Shown here: positions 30,902 through 41,666 of the stretch, piece by piece | Layout of the letters: every line of letters starts with the position of its first letter | How positions within the stretch are numbered: position 1 is the stretch's first letter | Source: Deltaproteobacteria bacterium | GTDB taxonomy: Bacteria > Desulfobacterota > Binatia > UBA12015 | Direction: 5' to 3' | Length of the DNA stretch: 56,765 bases | NCBI GenBank assembly: GCA_046583355.1 | Contig: JAYGCM010000016.1 | Coordinates: forward strand, 1 to 56,765 | Notes under the pieces: model-generated | What the model was told of the DNA's origin: nothing | The model's database searches: none | Seen by the model: the letters and a program-made list of their open reading frames with translations, nothing else | Made by a program: the position numbers and the translations under genes

Positions 30902-32074
30902 CTAGAGCCTCTGGAGCAAGGTGGCGTTGGCCAGGCCACCGCCCTCGCACATGGATTGAAGGCCGAACTCGTTGTCGGCGCGCTCCATCTCGTGGAGCAG
31001 GGTGGTCATGAGCTTGGCGCCGGTGCAGCCGAGCGGGTGGCCCAGGGCAATGGCGCCACCGTTGGGGTTGAGTCGCGCCATATCGGCGCCGAGCGCAGTC
31101 GCCCAGGCCATCGGTACCGAGGCGAAGGCTTCGTTGATTTCGTAGTTGCCGATATCGCTCAAGCGCAGACCGGATTTATCGAGGAGTTTCTGGGTTGCGG
31201 GAATCGGTGCGCCAAGCATGACGATGGGGTCGTCGGCCGCTAGCGTCATGGTATGAATCCGGGCGCGCGCCTTGCCGCCGCATTTTCTCAGGCCCTCCTC
31301 GTTCACGATGAGGAGTGCGGCGGCGCCATCCGAGATCTGGCTGGAGGTGCCCGCGGTGAGCAATGCCTTGTCGCTCAGCGGTTTGAGGCCGGCCAGGATC
31401 TCGGTAGTTGTTCCGGCGCGGATGCCTTCATCTTGCGCGAAGGTCTCCTCGGTACCATCCTCGTTCTTCACCTGGACGGGAACGATTTCGCGCTCGAAGC
31501 GGCCGGTGCTGGTGGCCTCGGCCGCGCGGCGGTGGCTCTCGACGCCGAAGGCATCGAGCCCGGCGCGGTCCAGTCCCCATCGCTCGGCGAGCATTTCGGC
31601 GCCCGTGAATTGGTTGAATTTGACGCCGGGGTAGCGCTTTTTCATGCCCTCGCCGTAGGGCACGCCGTATCCCGCCTTGTAGCCGGCAATGGCGTTGCCG
31701 CCCAGCGGTACCTTGCTCATCACCTCGACACCCGCGGCGATGACGACATCATGGACGCCGGACATCACGGCTTGCGCGGCGAAATGAACGGCCTGCTGCG
31801 AGGAACCACATTGACGGTCGACCGTGGTGCCGGGAACCGACTCCGGCAGGCCTCCGGCGAGGATCGCGTTGCGTGCGATATTTGCACTCTGCGCGCCCAC
31901 CTGATCGACGCAGCCGAAGATCACGTCTTCGATGAGCTCGGGGTTCATCCCCGTGCGTTGCACGAGTTCGTCGAGAACCTTGCCGCCCAGGTCGATCGGA
32001 TGCCAATTGGCGAGTTTGCCCCGGCGTTTTCCGGCGGCCGTCCGGACCGCTTCCACGATATACGCTTCACCCAT
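30902..32074 (-). CDS. Acetyl-CoA C-acyltransferase (thiolase)
   Basis: [44 protein letters not shown]. Start ATG 32074. Confidence 0.95.
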   Translation of the reverse strand: MGEAYIVEAVRTAAGKRRGKLANWHPIDLGGKVLDELVQRTGMNPELIEDVIFGCVDQVGAQSANIARNAILAGGLPESVPGTTVDRQCGSSQQAVHFAAQAVMSGVHDVVIAAGVEVMSKVPLGGNAIAGYKAGYGVPYGEGMKKRYPGVKFNQFTGAEMLAERWGLDRAGLDAFGVESHRRAAEATSTGRFEREIVPVQVKNEDGTEETFAQDEGIRAGTTTEILAGLKPLSDKALLTAGTSSQISDGAAALLIVNEEGLRKCGGKARARIHTMTLAADDPIVMLGAPIPATQKLLDKSGLRLSDIGNYEINEAFASVPMAWATALGADMARLNPNGGAIALGHPLGCTGAKLMTTLLHEMERADNEFGLQSMCEGGGLANATLLQRL

Positions 32075-32211
32075 GATTCTTCTTCCTCCTGAGCCGACTC
32101 TCGCCTTGGACCTCCTCGTGCGCAACCCGGTGCTATCCTGCCTCTCGGGAAGGCTGGGGCAACTCTCTGCGCAGCGTTTCGGCTCGCAGGGGGGAGTGGC
32201 TAAGAGGAACG

Positions 32212-33402
32212 ATGGGCATCGCGCATGAGGATCTGCTCTCCGAGGCTGCCTGGCGGCAGGTGCAGGGGAGGCTGCGCGAGTGGGAGAGTCTTGTTTTGGA
32301 CAGCGGGGTGCCAGCTTCGCCGCGCGATCGTGCCGAGGGTTGGCGCTACCTGCTTCGTTTCCTCGCGGCTTCGATCCGCGCCTGTATCGTGGCGGGCGAC
32401 CCAGACTATCCAGAATTCGGTCGTATCATCGAACGTGGGCTGGCCTGGGGCTTCGACAACCCGGATTGCAATTATTCCGCTACCCGCGTTCGCGGCGATG
32501 CCTCCTACCGTATCGGTGGCAACGTCGGCAGTGCTCGGCATTTCGAGTACCAGGTCAACACCGGGCATTTGGGCGACGGCAATGTGGGCGGCTGGCAGAC
32601 GGTCTCGTCCCTCCATGCCGGCGAACTCCAGACCGACGCAGACGGGAATTTCGAGTTGATCCTCTCGGCGCAGCCGCATGAGGGGAATTGGATGGCGCTC
32701 GACGAGGAGGCGTCGTTTCTTTTCCTCCGCCAATATTTCGAGGATTGGGAGAACGAGCGTCCGGCACGGGTTTTTGTCGAGCGGATCGGTGCGGAGTATC
32801 CCGAGCCGGCCCTGACCCCGCAGCGGTTGGCGCCGCGTATCGACGAGTTGCTGGAGTGGCTTTCGGTGGGCATCCGCAGCTGGGAGGCGATGAGCCGGCT
32901 CATCCTTGGCACGGAGGCAAACGCCGTGACATTGACCGAGCCGATGGAGGGCAATGCGGGCCTGCGTGGGCAGGCCTACGGTCTCGGGCATTTCCGTTGC
33001 GCTCCTGATGAGGCTGTCATCCTTGAATTCAAGCCGCCGGCCTGCCGTATGTGGAGCGTGCAGCTTTGCGGTTGGTTCTGGGACAGCCTGGAGTTCGCGA
33101 CGCGGCAATCATCGATCAATAGCGCACAGGCCGAGATCGACTCTGACGGAATCTTCCGCGCCGTGATTGCCCACGACGACCCGGGCGTTGCGAATTGGCT
33201 AGATCCGGTCGAGCGTGAGGAGGGCTCCATCGGCATCCGCTATCTCTTTCCGGACGTGGTGACGCAACCGGCTTTCCGGGTTCTGAAACGCAGCGAATTG
33301 GACGGTGTCTTGCCGGCGGATACGAAGCGATTGGGCCCCGGGGAACGCGGCAGGCGCCTTGCGCGGCGGCGTCGTGCGGTGCAATTGCGCTACGGCTATT
33401 GA
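32212..33402 (+). CDS. DUF1214-domain protein
   Basis: RAEGWRYLLR, GFDNPDCNY, DGNFEL, RQYFEDW, WDSLEF..RQSSIN, DPGVANWLD. Confidence 0.8.
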   Translation: MGIAHEDLLSEAAWRQVQGRLREWESLVLDSGVPASPRDRAEGWRYLLRFLAASIRACIVAGDPDYPEFGRIIERGLAWGFDNPDCNYSATRVRGDASYRIGGNVGSARHFEYQVNTGHLGDGNVGGWQTVSSLHAGELQTDADGNFELILSAQPHEGNWMALDEEASFLFLRQYFEDWENERPARVFVERIGAEYPEPALTPQRLAPRIDELLEWLSVGIRSWEAMSRLILGTEANAVTLTEPMEGNAGLRGQAYGLGHFRCAPDEAVILEFKPPACRMWSVQLCGWFWDSLEFATRQSSINSAQAEIDSDGIFRAVIAHDDPGVANWLDPVEREEGSIGIRYLFPDVVTQPAFRVLKRSELDGVLPADTKRLGPGERGRRLARRRRAVQLRYGY

Positions 33403-34874
33403 GCGCGGCGCTTGCGCCAGCGCGCGTAGCGGTAGAGGTGCTCCAGGGCCGTGACGGCCCGCCACGAGGACGGGTAGGAGAGCGAACCACCGGCGGCGAG
33501 CGTTGCCACGGCCGGGTTCTCGGGTTGGCAATCGACCAACTCGGAGGCGAGCAGGATCGGCTTGCCGAACTCCTTCTCGCATTCCATCGCCAGAGTGGCG
33601 TAGCGCGCGTCCTGGCGGAAATGGAAATCGACGATCCGCCCGAGGCCGTATTCGGGGTAGAATTTCCCGTTCTTCTCCATCTGGCCCAGATTCGATTGAA
33701 TCCCTGCGCCGAGGAAGATGACCGCGTCGACATCGGCGTGGCTCGCGACGATGCGCATGCATTCCGCGACCGTATCTCGGGTTTCGGATCCAGCCAGGTC
33801 GGCCGGATTGTTGCGGCTCCAACGCGGCGGCAGCCGTTCGTCGAAGGCGGCGCGGATATCGTCCGGTAGCGGCATCAGGTTCAGCACGGTGGATTGCGTC
33901 AGTCGATCTGCTGTGACCACACCCCAGCCACCCGCCGTGGTCAGAACGAAAACGTTCGGGCCCTTGGGCAGCGGATGGGTGGCGAAGCTGGCAGCCGCCT
34001 CGAAGGCCTCTTCGAGTGAATGCGTGCGGGTGAGACCGGCTTGGCGGCACATGCCGTCGAAGATGCGGTCGTCGCTGGCCAGTGCACCCGTATGCGACGC
34101 GGCCGCGCGTGCACCGCCGCTGGTGGAGCCGCCCTTGAGGACGACCAGCGGCTTGCGCGCGGTCATGCTGCGGGCCTTGTCGAAGAAGCGCCGACCGTCG
34201 TCGATACCCTCGACGTAGGTGAGGCCGACCTTGGTCTCGGGATCGGCACCGAAGAATTCGAGGTAATCTTCCAGACCCGTATGGGCGCAGTTTCCGGCCG
34301 AGATGGCGCGGCTCACGCCGACGCCTGTTTTATGCGCGTAATTCTGGAGGGACTGAATGAAGCCTCCCGACTGGCTGGCAAGCCCGATATGGCCGCGCGG
34401 CGGGTAGGGCGCGATGATCTGCGCGCAGAGCTGGCTGGGCGTCGAGATGACACCCTGTCCGTTCGGGCCGGCGACGACCATGCCGAGTTCGTCGGCAAGA
34501 GTGGCCAGCTCGCGCTCGAGCGCCTTGCCCTCCTCGCCGAGTTCGCCGAAACCGGCCGCTGCGATGAAGGCGGCTTTGATGCCCTTGCGCGCGCTGGTGC
34601 GCAGCATATCCGGAATGGTGCGCGGTGGCGTGCAGATGAAAATCAGGTCGGCAGCACCTTCGGGCACGTCCTCGATTGAGGTGAGGGTGGCGCGACCGAG
34701 AACCTCCTTGCCGTCACGGTTCATCAGGAAGACCTTGCCCTGGTAGCCTTCGCTGAGAATATTATGCGCCGCAACGAAGCCGAACTTTCCGGGATGCGAA
34801 GACGCGCCGGCGACTACGATTCCTTTGGGGTCGAAGAGAGGGCGGTAGCGTTCGCGGATTTCCTGGTCGGTCAT
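33396..34874 (-). CDS. ADP-forming acyl-CoA synthetase alpha (CoA-binding) subunit
   Basis: LFDPKGIVVAGAS..PGKFG, GPNGQG, SQSGG, ASHTGALA (phospho-His), NNPADL. Confidence 0.9.
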   Translation of the reverse strand: MTDQEIRERYRPLFDPKGIVVAGASSHPGKFGFVAAHNILSEGYQGKVFLMNRDGKEVLGRATLTSIEDVPEGAADLIFICTPPRTIPDMLRTSARKGIKAAFIAAAGFGELGEEGKALERELATLADELGMVVAGPNGQGVISTPSQLCAQIIAPYPPRGHIGLASQSGGFIQSLQNYAHKTGVGVSRAISAGNCAHTGLEDYLEFFGADPETKVGLTYVEGIDDGRRFFDKARSMTARKPLVVLKGGSTSGGARAAASHTGALASDDRIFDGMCRQAGLTRTHSLEEAFEAAASFATHPLPKGPNVFVLTTAGGWGVVTADRLTQSTVLNLMPLPDDIRAAFDERLPPRWSRNNPADLAGSETRDTVAECMRIVASHADVDAVIFLGAGIQSNLGQMEKNGKFYPEYGLGRIVDFHFRQDARYATLAMECEKEFGKPILLASELVDCQPENPAVATLAAGGSLSYPSSWRAVTALEHLYRYARWRKRRAQ

Positions 34875-35575
34875 GCCTGCACCTCGACGAGCGCATCGAC
34901 CGCGACGGGACGGCCGTCTGCGATGATCAGCGGGTTGATATCGATCGAGACGATCTCGTCATTTTCGGCCGCAACTCGCGAGAGGCCAAGCAGAATATCG
35001 ATGAGAAGGTCGCGCTCCACAGCGGGTTCGCCGCGAAATTCATCGAACCAGCTTTGGTGTTCGAGGTCGCCGATCATATCCTCGGCGTCCTGGCGCGAGA
35101 GCGGTACCAATCGGAAGGCGACGTCCGCGAGCGCTTCGGCGAAGATTCCGCCGATTCCCAACATGACGCAGCGGCCGAAGGTCGGATCGACCAACATGCC
35201 CGCGATCAGCTCGCGTGTGCCGGCAACCATCGGTGCTACCAGCACGCCGCGCACGCCATCTTCGGGCCGCCCGGCCGCGAGCAGCGCCTCGACGGCTTCT
35301 TGCACGGCAGCGGCGTCGCGCAAACCGAGCCGCACCAGCCCCCGCTCGGTTTTGTGCGCGATCGCATCCCCACAGAGTTTCGCGACCACGGGAAAGCCGA
35401 ACTCGCTGGCGGCCGCGATGGCCTCGGCTGGACTCGATACCAATCGTTCGGCACCCATGGGCACGCCCGCGGCGGCGAGTCGGTTTTTGGAATCGAATTC
35501 GGAGAGGGTCCGCGTGGGGCCGGTCGATGCGCCTATCATGTCTCGGCAGATAGCGGCAGACCGCTCGGAATTCAC
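34871..35575 (-). CDS. ADP-forming acyl-CoA synthetase beta (ATP-grasp) subunit
   Basis: LSEFDSK, GFPVVAK, AHKTERGLV, DPTFG..VMLGIGG, DINPL, VDAL. GTG 35575 overlaps the upstream stop; alternative ATG 35539. Confidence 0.88.
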   Translation of the reverse strand: MNSERSAAICRDMIGASTGPTRTLSEFDSKNRLAAAGVPMGAERLVSSPAEAIAAASEFGFPVVAKLCGDAIAHKTERGLVRLGLRDAAAVQEAVEALLAAGRPEDGVRGVLVAPMVAGTRELIAGMLVDPTFGRCVMLGIGGIFAEALADVAFRLVPLSRQDAEDMIGDLEHQSWFDEFRGEPAVERDLLIDILLGLSRVAAENDEIVSIDINPLIIADGRPVAVDALVEVQA

Positions 35576-36129
35576 GCCACGGCGGTCCAGACGGCAGCGA
35601 CTGTGAGGAGCACCCAGATCACCACGGCCACAATGGTCTTGCCGAAGGTCCCGAGTACGCGCCCGATGGCGGCTCCGGTCGCGGCTTTGAGCGACGATGC
35701 TGCGTCCGCGCGCGCAAGCCCGGTGAGTTCGGCTACCAGCGCGCCCAGAAAGGCCCCGGCGGCCGCCCCGACGATGGTCCCGACCAGGAGGATAGGGATC
35801 AACCCGGTCAGCAGCAGGCCTCCCACCATCCCGCCAATAATGGCGCCCCACATGCCGCGGCGCGATCCTCCGCCGGCGCTCAGACCAGCGGCTGCTGTCC
35901 AGGTCTCGACGACCTCGCCGACGATCGCCAAAACGATCGCGGCGCTGATCGGCCACCATCCGAAGCTGGTCGCGTGTCCGGCCACCAACCAGGCGGTGTC
36001 GAGGAGTTCGATGCCTACTGCCAGCGCGATCATCAGCCAGGTGCCGGGGAGTCCGAGGATCACCAGCACGAGGCAGCCGAGGCCGAGGATACTGAAAAGA
36101 AGGGAGAGAAAGAGGGCAAGCACCTGCAT
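35572..36129 (-). CDS. DUF456-family membrane protein
   Basis: LGLPGTWL, GGSRRGMWGAIIGG, GAFLGALVAE. Start ATG 36129. Confidence 0.8.
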   Translation of the reverse strand: MQVLALFLSLLFSILGLGCLVLVILGLPGTWLMIALAVGIELLDTAWLVAGHATSFGWWPISAAIVLAIVGEVVETWTAAAGLSAGGGSRRGMWGAIIGGMVGGLLLTGLIPILLVGTIVGAAAGAFLGALVAELTGLARADAASSLKAATGAAIGRVLGTFGKTIVAVVIWVLLTVAAVWTAVA

Positions 36130-36371
36130 CGGCCCAGCATTCTCCAGATCCGGCTCCGCGTCCAGAGGTCCGGCCGAGAAGTAGGGCTTTGCACAGCGGC
36201 CGCAAGCGGCGCCCGGATGCAGGTCTACTTTTCGGCCGGACCTCGAGTGCGGCAATAGCGTTTCCCTTGATGGGCCTTGCCATGGCATGTTGACCGCAGT
36301 TGACGACGCCCGGGGCGACTGGTGATGGCTTGCGACGTTATTGGAGTTGCCGGGTGTTGATGGGAGGTTGC

Positions 36372-36806
36372 ATGCCAACAGTAAAGGATCTGCTCGGAAT
36401 GAAGGCGCCGGTGGTCTACTCGGTCAGACCCGAGGATACGGTCTTCGTCTGTCTTGGGGTGCTGGCGGAGCACGATATCGGTGCCGTCCTCGTGGTCGGG
36501 GAAGACGGCCGCCTGGAGGGGATTTTCTCCGAGCGCGATTATGCGCGTCAGGTCATCTTGGCCGGGCGCCATTCCCGCGACCTGGCGGTGTCGGAGATCA
36601 TGACCGCCGAGGTGGTCGGCGTTGGTCCGGACCAGACGATCAATCAGTGCATGGCGATCATGACGGCCAAACGGATTCGTCACCTTCCCGTCTTGGAGGC
36701 AGGGCAGGTGATTGGAATGCTCTCGATCGGTGACGTGGTGAAGAGCGTCATCGGCCAGAAACAATTCGAGATCGAACAGCTCGAAACCTATATCGCACAG
36801 GGCTGA
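36372..36806 (+). CDS. Tandem CBS-domain protein
   Basis: IGAVLV, GIFSERDYAR, IRHLPV, LSIGDVVK. GGAGG RBS before ATG 36372. Confidence 0.92.
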   Translation: MPTVKDLLGMKAPVVYSVRPEDTVFVCLGVLAEHDIGAVLVVGEDGRLEGIFSERDYARQVILAGRHSRDLAVSEIMTAEVVGVGPDQTINQCMAIMTAKRIRHLPVLEAGQVIGMLSIGDVVKSVIGQKQFEIEQLETYIAQG

Positions 36807-36838
36807 ACCGGCCAGGGGAGGCCCGGCCGGTTGCCGGA

Positions 36839-38638
36839 TCAGGAATAGAGATTTTCGATTTCGGTCGCGTAAAGTTTGTGGATGCCGCGTCGCTTGAGCT
36901 TGGAGGTAGGTGTCAAGCACTCGGAGTCGGGTAGCCATTCTTCCCCGAGCACGGTGACTTTTTTCACTCTTTCGGTGTTGTTGAACTTCGCCATCGCGCC
37001 CTCGAGGCCCTCCTCGATTTCGCGGATGATGTCTGGATGTGCGGCGAGTTCGGCCGTAGTGGCATCGGCCATATCGTGGCTTTTGGCCCAGGCCTCCGCC
37101 GCATCCGGGTCCAGCACAACCAAGGCCGAAACGAAGGGCCGACCGTCGCCGATCGCACATGCCTGGCCGACCAAGGGGATCATTTTGAGTTCGGATTCCA
37201 GGTTGGCAGGGCTGAGATTTTTGCCGCCGGCGGTAATGATCAATTCCTTTTTACGGTCAACGATCTTGAGATAGCCTTCGTCGTCCAATTCGCCGATATC
37301 GCCCGTATGCAGCCAACCTTCTCCGTCGAGAGCCTCGGCCGTCTTCTCGGCTTCGTTGAGGTAGCCTTGGAAAACATTTCCGCCGCGGGCAAGGACTTCA
37401 CCGTCTTCGGCGAGTTTCACTTCGCAGCCGGGAAGCGCCTGGCCTACGGTTCCGGGCTTGACGGCCCACGCCGTGAAGGTCATCGGACCGGTGGTCTCCG
37501 AGAGGCCGTAGAGTTCGGCCAAGGGCACGCCGATGGCGCGGAACCAGATGAGCATTTCGGCCGGGATCGGCGCGGCGCCGGTCATGGCGAGGTCGCATTC
37601 GTCCAACCCGATCAGCGCACGGACCTGCGAGAAGGCGACTTCGTCGAGGAAATCCCAGGTCTTTTGCTCTTCTTCGGTGACGGTGCCGCGCGTCATTTTT
37701 TCCACAATCGGTGTAGCTGCGGCGACGGCATCGTTGAATTTTGCTTCTTTTTCCGGGTCGGCCGCGAGCGCGGCATGAATGCCGGCGTACATTTTCTCCC
37801 AGATTCGCGGCACGCCAAAGAAATAATTCGGCCGTACTTCGCGCGCGTAATCCGCCACCAGTCGCGGCTCCGGGCAGGTCGTGACGGTGAAGCCCATGAG
37901 GAGCGGCTGGTACTGGCCGACCATGCGCTCGGCGATATGAGCCATCGGAAGGTACGAGACGAGTTTTTTGCCCGCGGGGTCGTTCCAGTCGAGAACCTTG
38001 AGCATCGAGGCGGCGGTCCAGACAATATTACGATGCGTGAGCATGACGCCCTTGGGGGGGCCGGTGGTTCCCGAGGTGTAGATCATTGTGGCGAGGTCGT
38101 CGGGCTTGGCGGTTTGCGCGGCCTGTTCGAGGTCGATCGGGTCCGAGCCGATCAGATCTTCCCAGGTGAAATTCTCTTCTGCGGCGTCGCGCAGGCTCCC
38201 CAGGCTTTGCAGCGAAGAGAGCGAGGGGCGAGCTTCGCGGAAGCGGCTCAGAAATTGTTCGTCTTCGACGAAGCCCATCTTCGCCTCGCAATGGTTCACG
38301 AGGTAGATGACCTGCTCGGTCGGCGAAGAATTGTAGATCGAGATTGAGGTCGCGCCAAGGAAGTAGGCGGCGGTGTCGATCACGTGGAATTCCGGGATGT
38401 TCCGCATCATCAAGACGATTCGGTCGCCGTGGCCGAGCCCGCGGGCCGCCAGCCCGCCGGCTACTCGAGCCACCAGGTCGGCATACTCGTTGTAGGTCCA
38501 GCTGCCGAAGCTGCCGTCGTCTTTTTTCCAGCGCAATGCCGTAAGCGCGCCATGCTCGCGCACGGTGGCCAGAAAGGCCGTAGGAATGGTCTGGTTTTCG
38601 ACGGCGTTGCTGACTTCTTCGTTCGTGATGGTTTTCAT
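36839..38638 (-). CDS. Long-chain fatty acid-CoA ligase
   Basis: YTSGTTGPPKG, YGLSET, GWLHTGDIG, DRKKELIITAGGKN, TPTSKLKR. Confidence 0.93.
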   Translation of the reverse strand: MKTITNEEVSNAVENQTIPTAFLATVREHGALTALRWKKDDGSFGSWTYNEYADLVARVAGGLAARGLGHGDRIVLMMRNIPEFHVIDTAAYFLGATSISIYNSSPTEQVIYLVNHCEAKMGFVEDEQFLSRFREARPSLSSLQSLGSLRDAAEENFTWEDLIGSDPIDLEQAAQTAKPDDLATMIYTSGTTGPPKGVMLTHRNIVWTAASMLKVLDWNDPAGKKLVSYLPMAHIAERMVGQYQPLLMGFTVTTCPEPRLVADYAREVRPNYFFGVPRIWEKMYAGIHAALAADPEKEAKFNDAVAAATPIVEKMTRGTVTEEEQKTWDFLDEVAFSQVRALIGLDECDLAMTGAAPIPAEMLIWFRAIGVPLAELYGLSETTGPMTFTAWAVKPGTVGQALPGCEVKLAEDGEVLARGGNVFQGYLNEAEKTAEALDGEGWLHTGDIGELDDEGYLKIVDRKKELIITAGGKNLSPANLESELKMIPLVGQACAIGDGRPFVSALVVLDPDAAEAWAKSHDMADATTAELAAHPDIIREIEEGLEGAMAKFNNTERVKKVTVLGEEWLPDSECLTPTSKLKRRGIHKLYATEIENLYS

Positions 38639-38761
38639 GCGTTCTCCCGGAACCGATTTCTAGCCAGATATGCGGCTTCTCTCAACCGCCAGGCGCATCC
38701 GCCGGGGAAGCCACGCGCTGGCGCATTTGCCCAATCCCTTGCGGGCTTCTAAGCCTTGGGA

Positions 38762-41626
38762 ATGGCAAACGGCACGCCCCACCCGCTGGACCCTTCCGAT
38801 ACCTTTGTCCACCGTCATATCGGCCCCCGCGGGGAGCATCTCCGCGAGATGCTGACGCTCGTTGGCTGCGAGTCTCTCGATGAGCTTGCGGCAAGTACGG
38901 TGCCCGAGGCGATCCGTCTGGAAAGAGGGCTCGTGCTCGCGGGCCAAGGCGAGCGATCGCTTGGTGAGTCCGAGGTGCTGGTTCAGCTGCGCTCGATGCT
39001 CTCCAGCAACCGGGTTCTGCGCTCCTGCATTGGCATGGGTTACTCCGATACCCTCGTGCCCGGGGTTATCCAGCGTGGCGTTCTCGAGAACCCCGGTTGG
39101 TACACGCAATATACGCCCTACCAAGCCGAGATCTCACAGGGACGCCTCGAGGCTTTGTTGAACTTCCAGACCATGGTCGCGGATCTGACGGGGCTGCCGC
39201 TGGCGAATGCGTCGCTTCTCGACGAGGCGACGGCGGCGGCCGAAGCGATGGCAATGTGCCGCGCCGCTTCGCGCGGCAAAAAGCATCGTTTCCTCGTCGC
39301 GCAGGACTGCCATCCGCAGATCCTCTCGGTCGTGCGCACGCGCGGTGCCTCGATGGGGATGCAGGTCGAGGTGGCGGCCGTCGCGGATTTCGATTTCGCC
39401 AGCCCGGGCCTTGCCGGTATCCTGCTTTCGTATCCGACCACCGACGGGCGTCTGGTCGACCCCCGCCAGGCCATCGAGAGTGCGCATGCGGCCGGTGCCT
39501 TGGCCGTGATGGCTGCCGATATTCTGAGCCTGACGCTACTCACGCCGCCGGGTGAATTCGGTGCCGATATTGCCATTGGCTCGACGCAGCGCTTCGGCGT
39601 GCCGTTGGGTTTCGGCGGCCCACACGCAGCCTACCTCTCGACTCGCAACGAGCATGCGCGCCGGGTGCCAGGGCGGATCGTCGGGGTGTCGAAAGATGCC
39701 AACGGGAAGACGGCCTATCGGTTGGCGATCCAGACTCGCGAGCAGCATATTCGCCGCGACCGTGCGACCAGCAATATCTGTACGGCGCAGGTCCTCTTGG
39801 CGATCATGGCCGGCTTCTACGCTGTGTACCATGGCCCAGAGGGGCTCGCGCGGATAGCCACACGCGTGCGCGGTCTCACGCTGGCTTTGGCCGAAGGGCT
39901 GCGACGCGCCGGTGTCGATTGCGGCGAAGCGTTTTTTTTCGATACTTTGCGGGTGCGGCCGAGCACCGGGAATGCGGCGGCGTTGCTCGCGGCGGCACGC
40001 GAAGCGGGATTCAATTTGCGCGACCATGATGATGGCAGCGTTGGAATTTCGCTGGATGAGACCACGACACGCGCGGATGTTGCGGTGTTGGTCGGACTCT
40101 TCGGCGAGGGCGATGTCGATGTCGACGCATTGGCTGAGGCTGGCGACCGTCCGCTCGACGGTATTTTTGGCCGGCGCACTGCTTATCTCGAACATCCGGT
40201 TTTCCATGCCCACCGCGGCGAGCATGAAATGCTGCGCTACCTGCACAGGCTGGAGAGCCGCGATCTCTCCTTGACGACCTCGATGATTCCGTTGGGTTCG
40301 TGCACCATGAAGCTCAACGCCACGGTCGAGATGATCCCCGTGACCTGGCCTGAGATCGGCCAATTGCACCCCTATGCACCGCGCGACCAGGTTGCCGGGT
40401 ATGAGGAGATGCTGGACCAGTTGGCGGATTGGCTGGCCGAAATCACCGGGTTACCCGCGGTTTCGTTGCAGCCCAATGCCGGCTCGCAGGGCGAATATGC
40501 CGGCCTGCTCGCGATCCGTCGCCATCATGATGCCACCGGCGGTGAGGCGCGCGATCTCTGCCTGATTCCGGTCTCCTCGCACGGCACCAACGCGGCCACG
40601 GCCGTGATTGCCGGATTTCGTGTTCTTGCCGTTGCCTGCGATGCGCAGGGCAATGTTGAGGTGGCCGATCTGCAGCGCCAACTCGCGGAGAATGAGGGGC
40701 GCATCGGCGCGCTGATGATCACCTATCCCTCGACGCATGGCGTGTTTGAGGAGCGGGTGCAGGAGATCTGCGACCTGATCCACGCCGCTGGCGGTCAGGT
40801 CTATATGGATGGCGCGAATATGAACGCGCAGGTCGGACTTACTTCCCCTGCAAGAATCGGTGCCGATGTTTGTCATCTGAACCTGCATAAGACGTTCTGC
40901 ATTCCGCACGGCGGCGGCGGCCCGGGGATGGGTCCAATCTGCGCCCGCGAGCACCTGCGGCCTTTCCTGCCGGGCAATCCGCTCGACGGCGAGGGGGCGG
41001 TGTCGGCGGCACCCTTCGGCAGCCCGAGCATTCTGCCAATCAGCTGGGTCTATATCGCGCTGATGGGCGCCGCGGGCCTGAAGCGCGCTACGCAGGTCGC
41101 GATTCTCAACGCGAATTATATGGCACGGCGCCTGGCGGACGATTATGAGGTGCTCTTCACCGGCCAGAACGGCCGTGTCGCGCATGAATTCATCATCGAT
41201 TGTCGGCCCTTCGAGAAGAGTGCGGGCGTTACGGTCGAGGATATCGCCAAGCGCCTGATCGACTACGGCTTCCACGCGCCGACCATGAGCTTCCCGGTAG
41301 CGGGTACTTTGATGATTGAGCCCACCGAGAGCGAGCCGAAGGCGGAGCTCGATCGGCTCTGTGATGCTTTGTTGCTGATCCGGCAGGAGATTCGCGATAT
41401 CGAATCCGGCACGCTCGATGGCACGGATAATCCTCTCAAAAACGCGCCGCATCCGGCCGACGCGTTGACTGCCGATATCTGGCAGCATTCGTATTCGCGC
41501 GAACGTGCGGCCTGGCCCGCGCCTTGGCTGCGGGAACATAAATTCTGGTCGCCCGTCGCACGGATCGACAATGCCTTCGGCGATCGCAACCTTTTCTGCA
41601 CCTGCCCGGAGATGCTCGAGATCTAG
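38762..41626 (+). CDS. gcvP: Glycine dehydrogenase (decarboxylating), single-chain P protein
   Basis: [69 protein letters not shown]. Confidence 0.97.
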   Translation: MANGTPHPLDPSDTFVHRHIGPRGEHLREMLTLVGCESLDELAASTVPEAIRLERGLVLAGQGERSLGESEVLVQLRSMLSSNRVLRSCIGMGYSDTLVPGVIQRGVLENPGWYTQYTPYQAEISQGRLEALLNFQTMVADLTGLPLANASLLDEATAAAEAMAMCRAASRGKKHRFLVAQDCHPQILSVVRTRGASMGMQVEVAAVADFDFASPGLAGILLSYPTTDGRLVDPRQAIESAHAAGALAVMAADILSLTLLTPPGEFGADIAIGSTQRFGVPLGFGGPHAAYLSTRNEHARRVPGRIVGVSKDANGKTAYRLAIQTREQHIRRDRATSNICTAQVLLAIMAGFYAVYHGPEGLARIATRVRGLTLALAEGLRRAGVDCGEAFFFDTLRVRPSTGNAAALLAAAREAGFNLRDHDDGSVGISLDETTTRADVAVLVGLFGEGDVDVDALAEAGDRPLDGIFGRRTAYLEHPVFHAHRGEHEMLRYLHRLESRDLSLTTSMIPLGSCTMKLNATVEMIPVTWPEIGQLHPYAPRDQVAGYEEMLDQLADWLAEITGLPAVSLQPNAGSQGEYAGLLAIRRHHDATGGEARDLCLIPVSSHGTNAATAVIAGFRVLAVACDAQGNVEVADLQRQLAENEGRIGALMITYPSTHGVFEERVQEICDLIHAAGGQVYMDGANMNAQVGLTSPARIGADVCHLNLHKTFCIPHGGGGPGMGPICAREHLRPFLPGNPLDGEGAVSAAPFGSPSILPISWVYIALMGAAGLKRATQVAILNANYMARRLADDYEVLFTGQNGRVAHEFIIDCRPFEKSAGVTVEDIAKRLIDYGFHAPTMSFPVAGTLMIEPTESEPKAELDRLCDALLLIRQEIRDIESGTLDGTDNPLKNAPHPADALTADIWQHSYSRERAAWPAPWLREHKFWSPVARIDNAFGDRNLFCTCPEMLEI

Positions 41627-41666
41627 AGTTTCGGCCAGACCTCCCGCTTGCGCCGATCCGGTCTCT

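Noticed and set aside
34871..36283. 470-aa ORF suggesting a long N-terminal domain on the ATP-grasp subunit
   Set aside because: The extension is an Arg-rich off-frame reading of the DUF456 gene; the real start is at 35575 or 35539.
36130..36371. Possible ncRNA in the DUF456-CBS divergent gap, and likewise 26367-26556
   Set aside because: No recognisable riboswitch, tRNA or stable structure by eye; an Infernal/Rfam scan would be needed.
36806..36832. Inverted repeat AACCGGCC...GGCCGGTT between convergent genes
   Set aside because: Short GC hairpin without a U-tract; not enough for a terminator or REP call.
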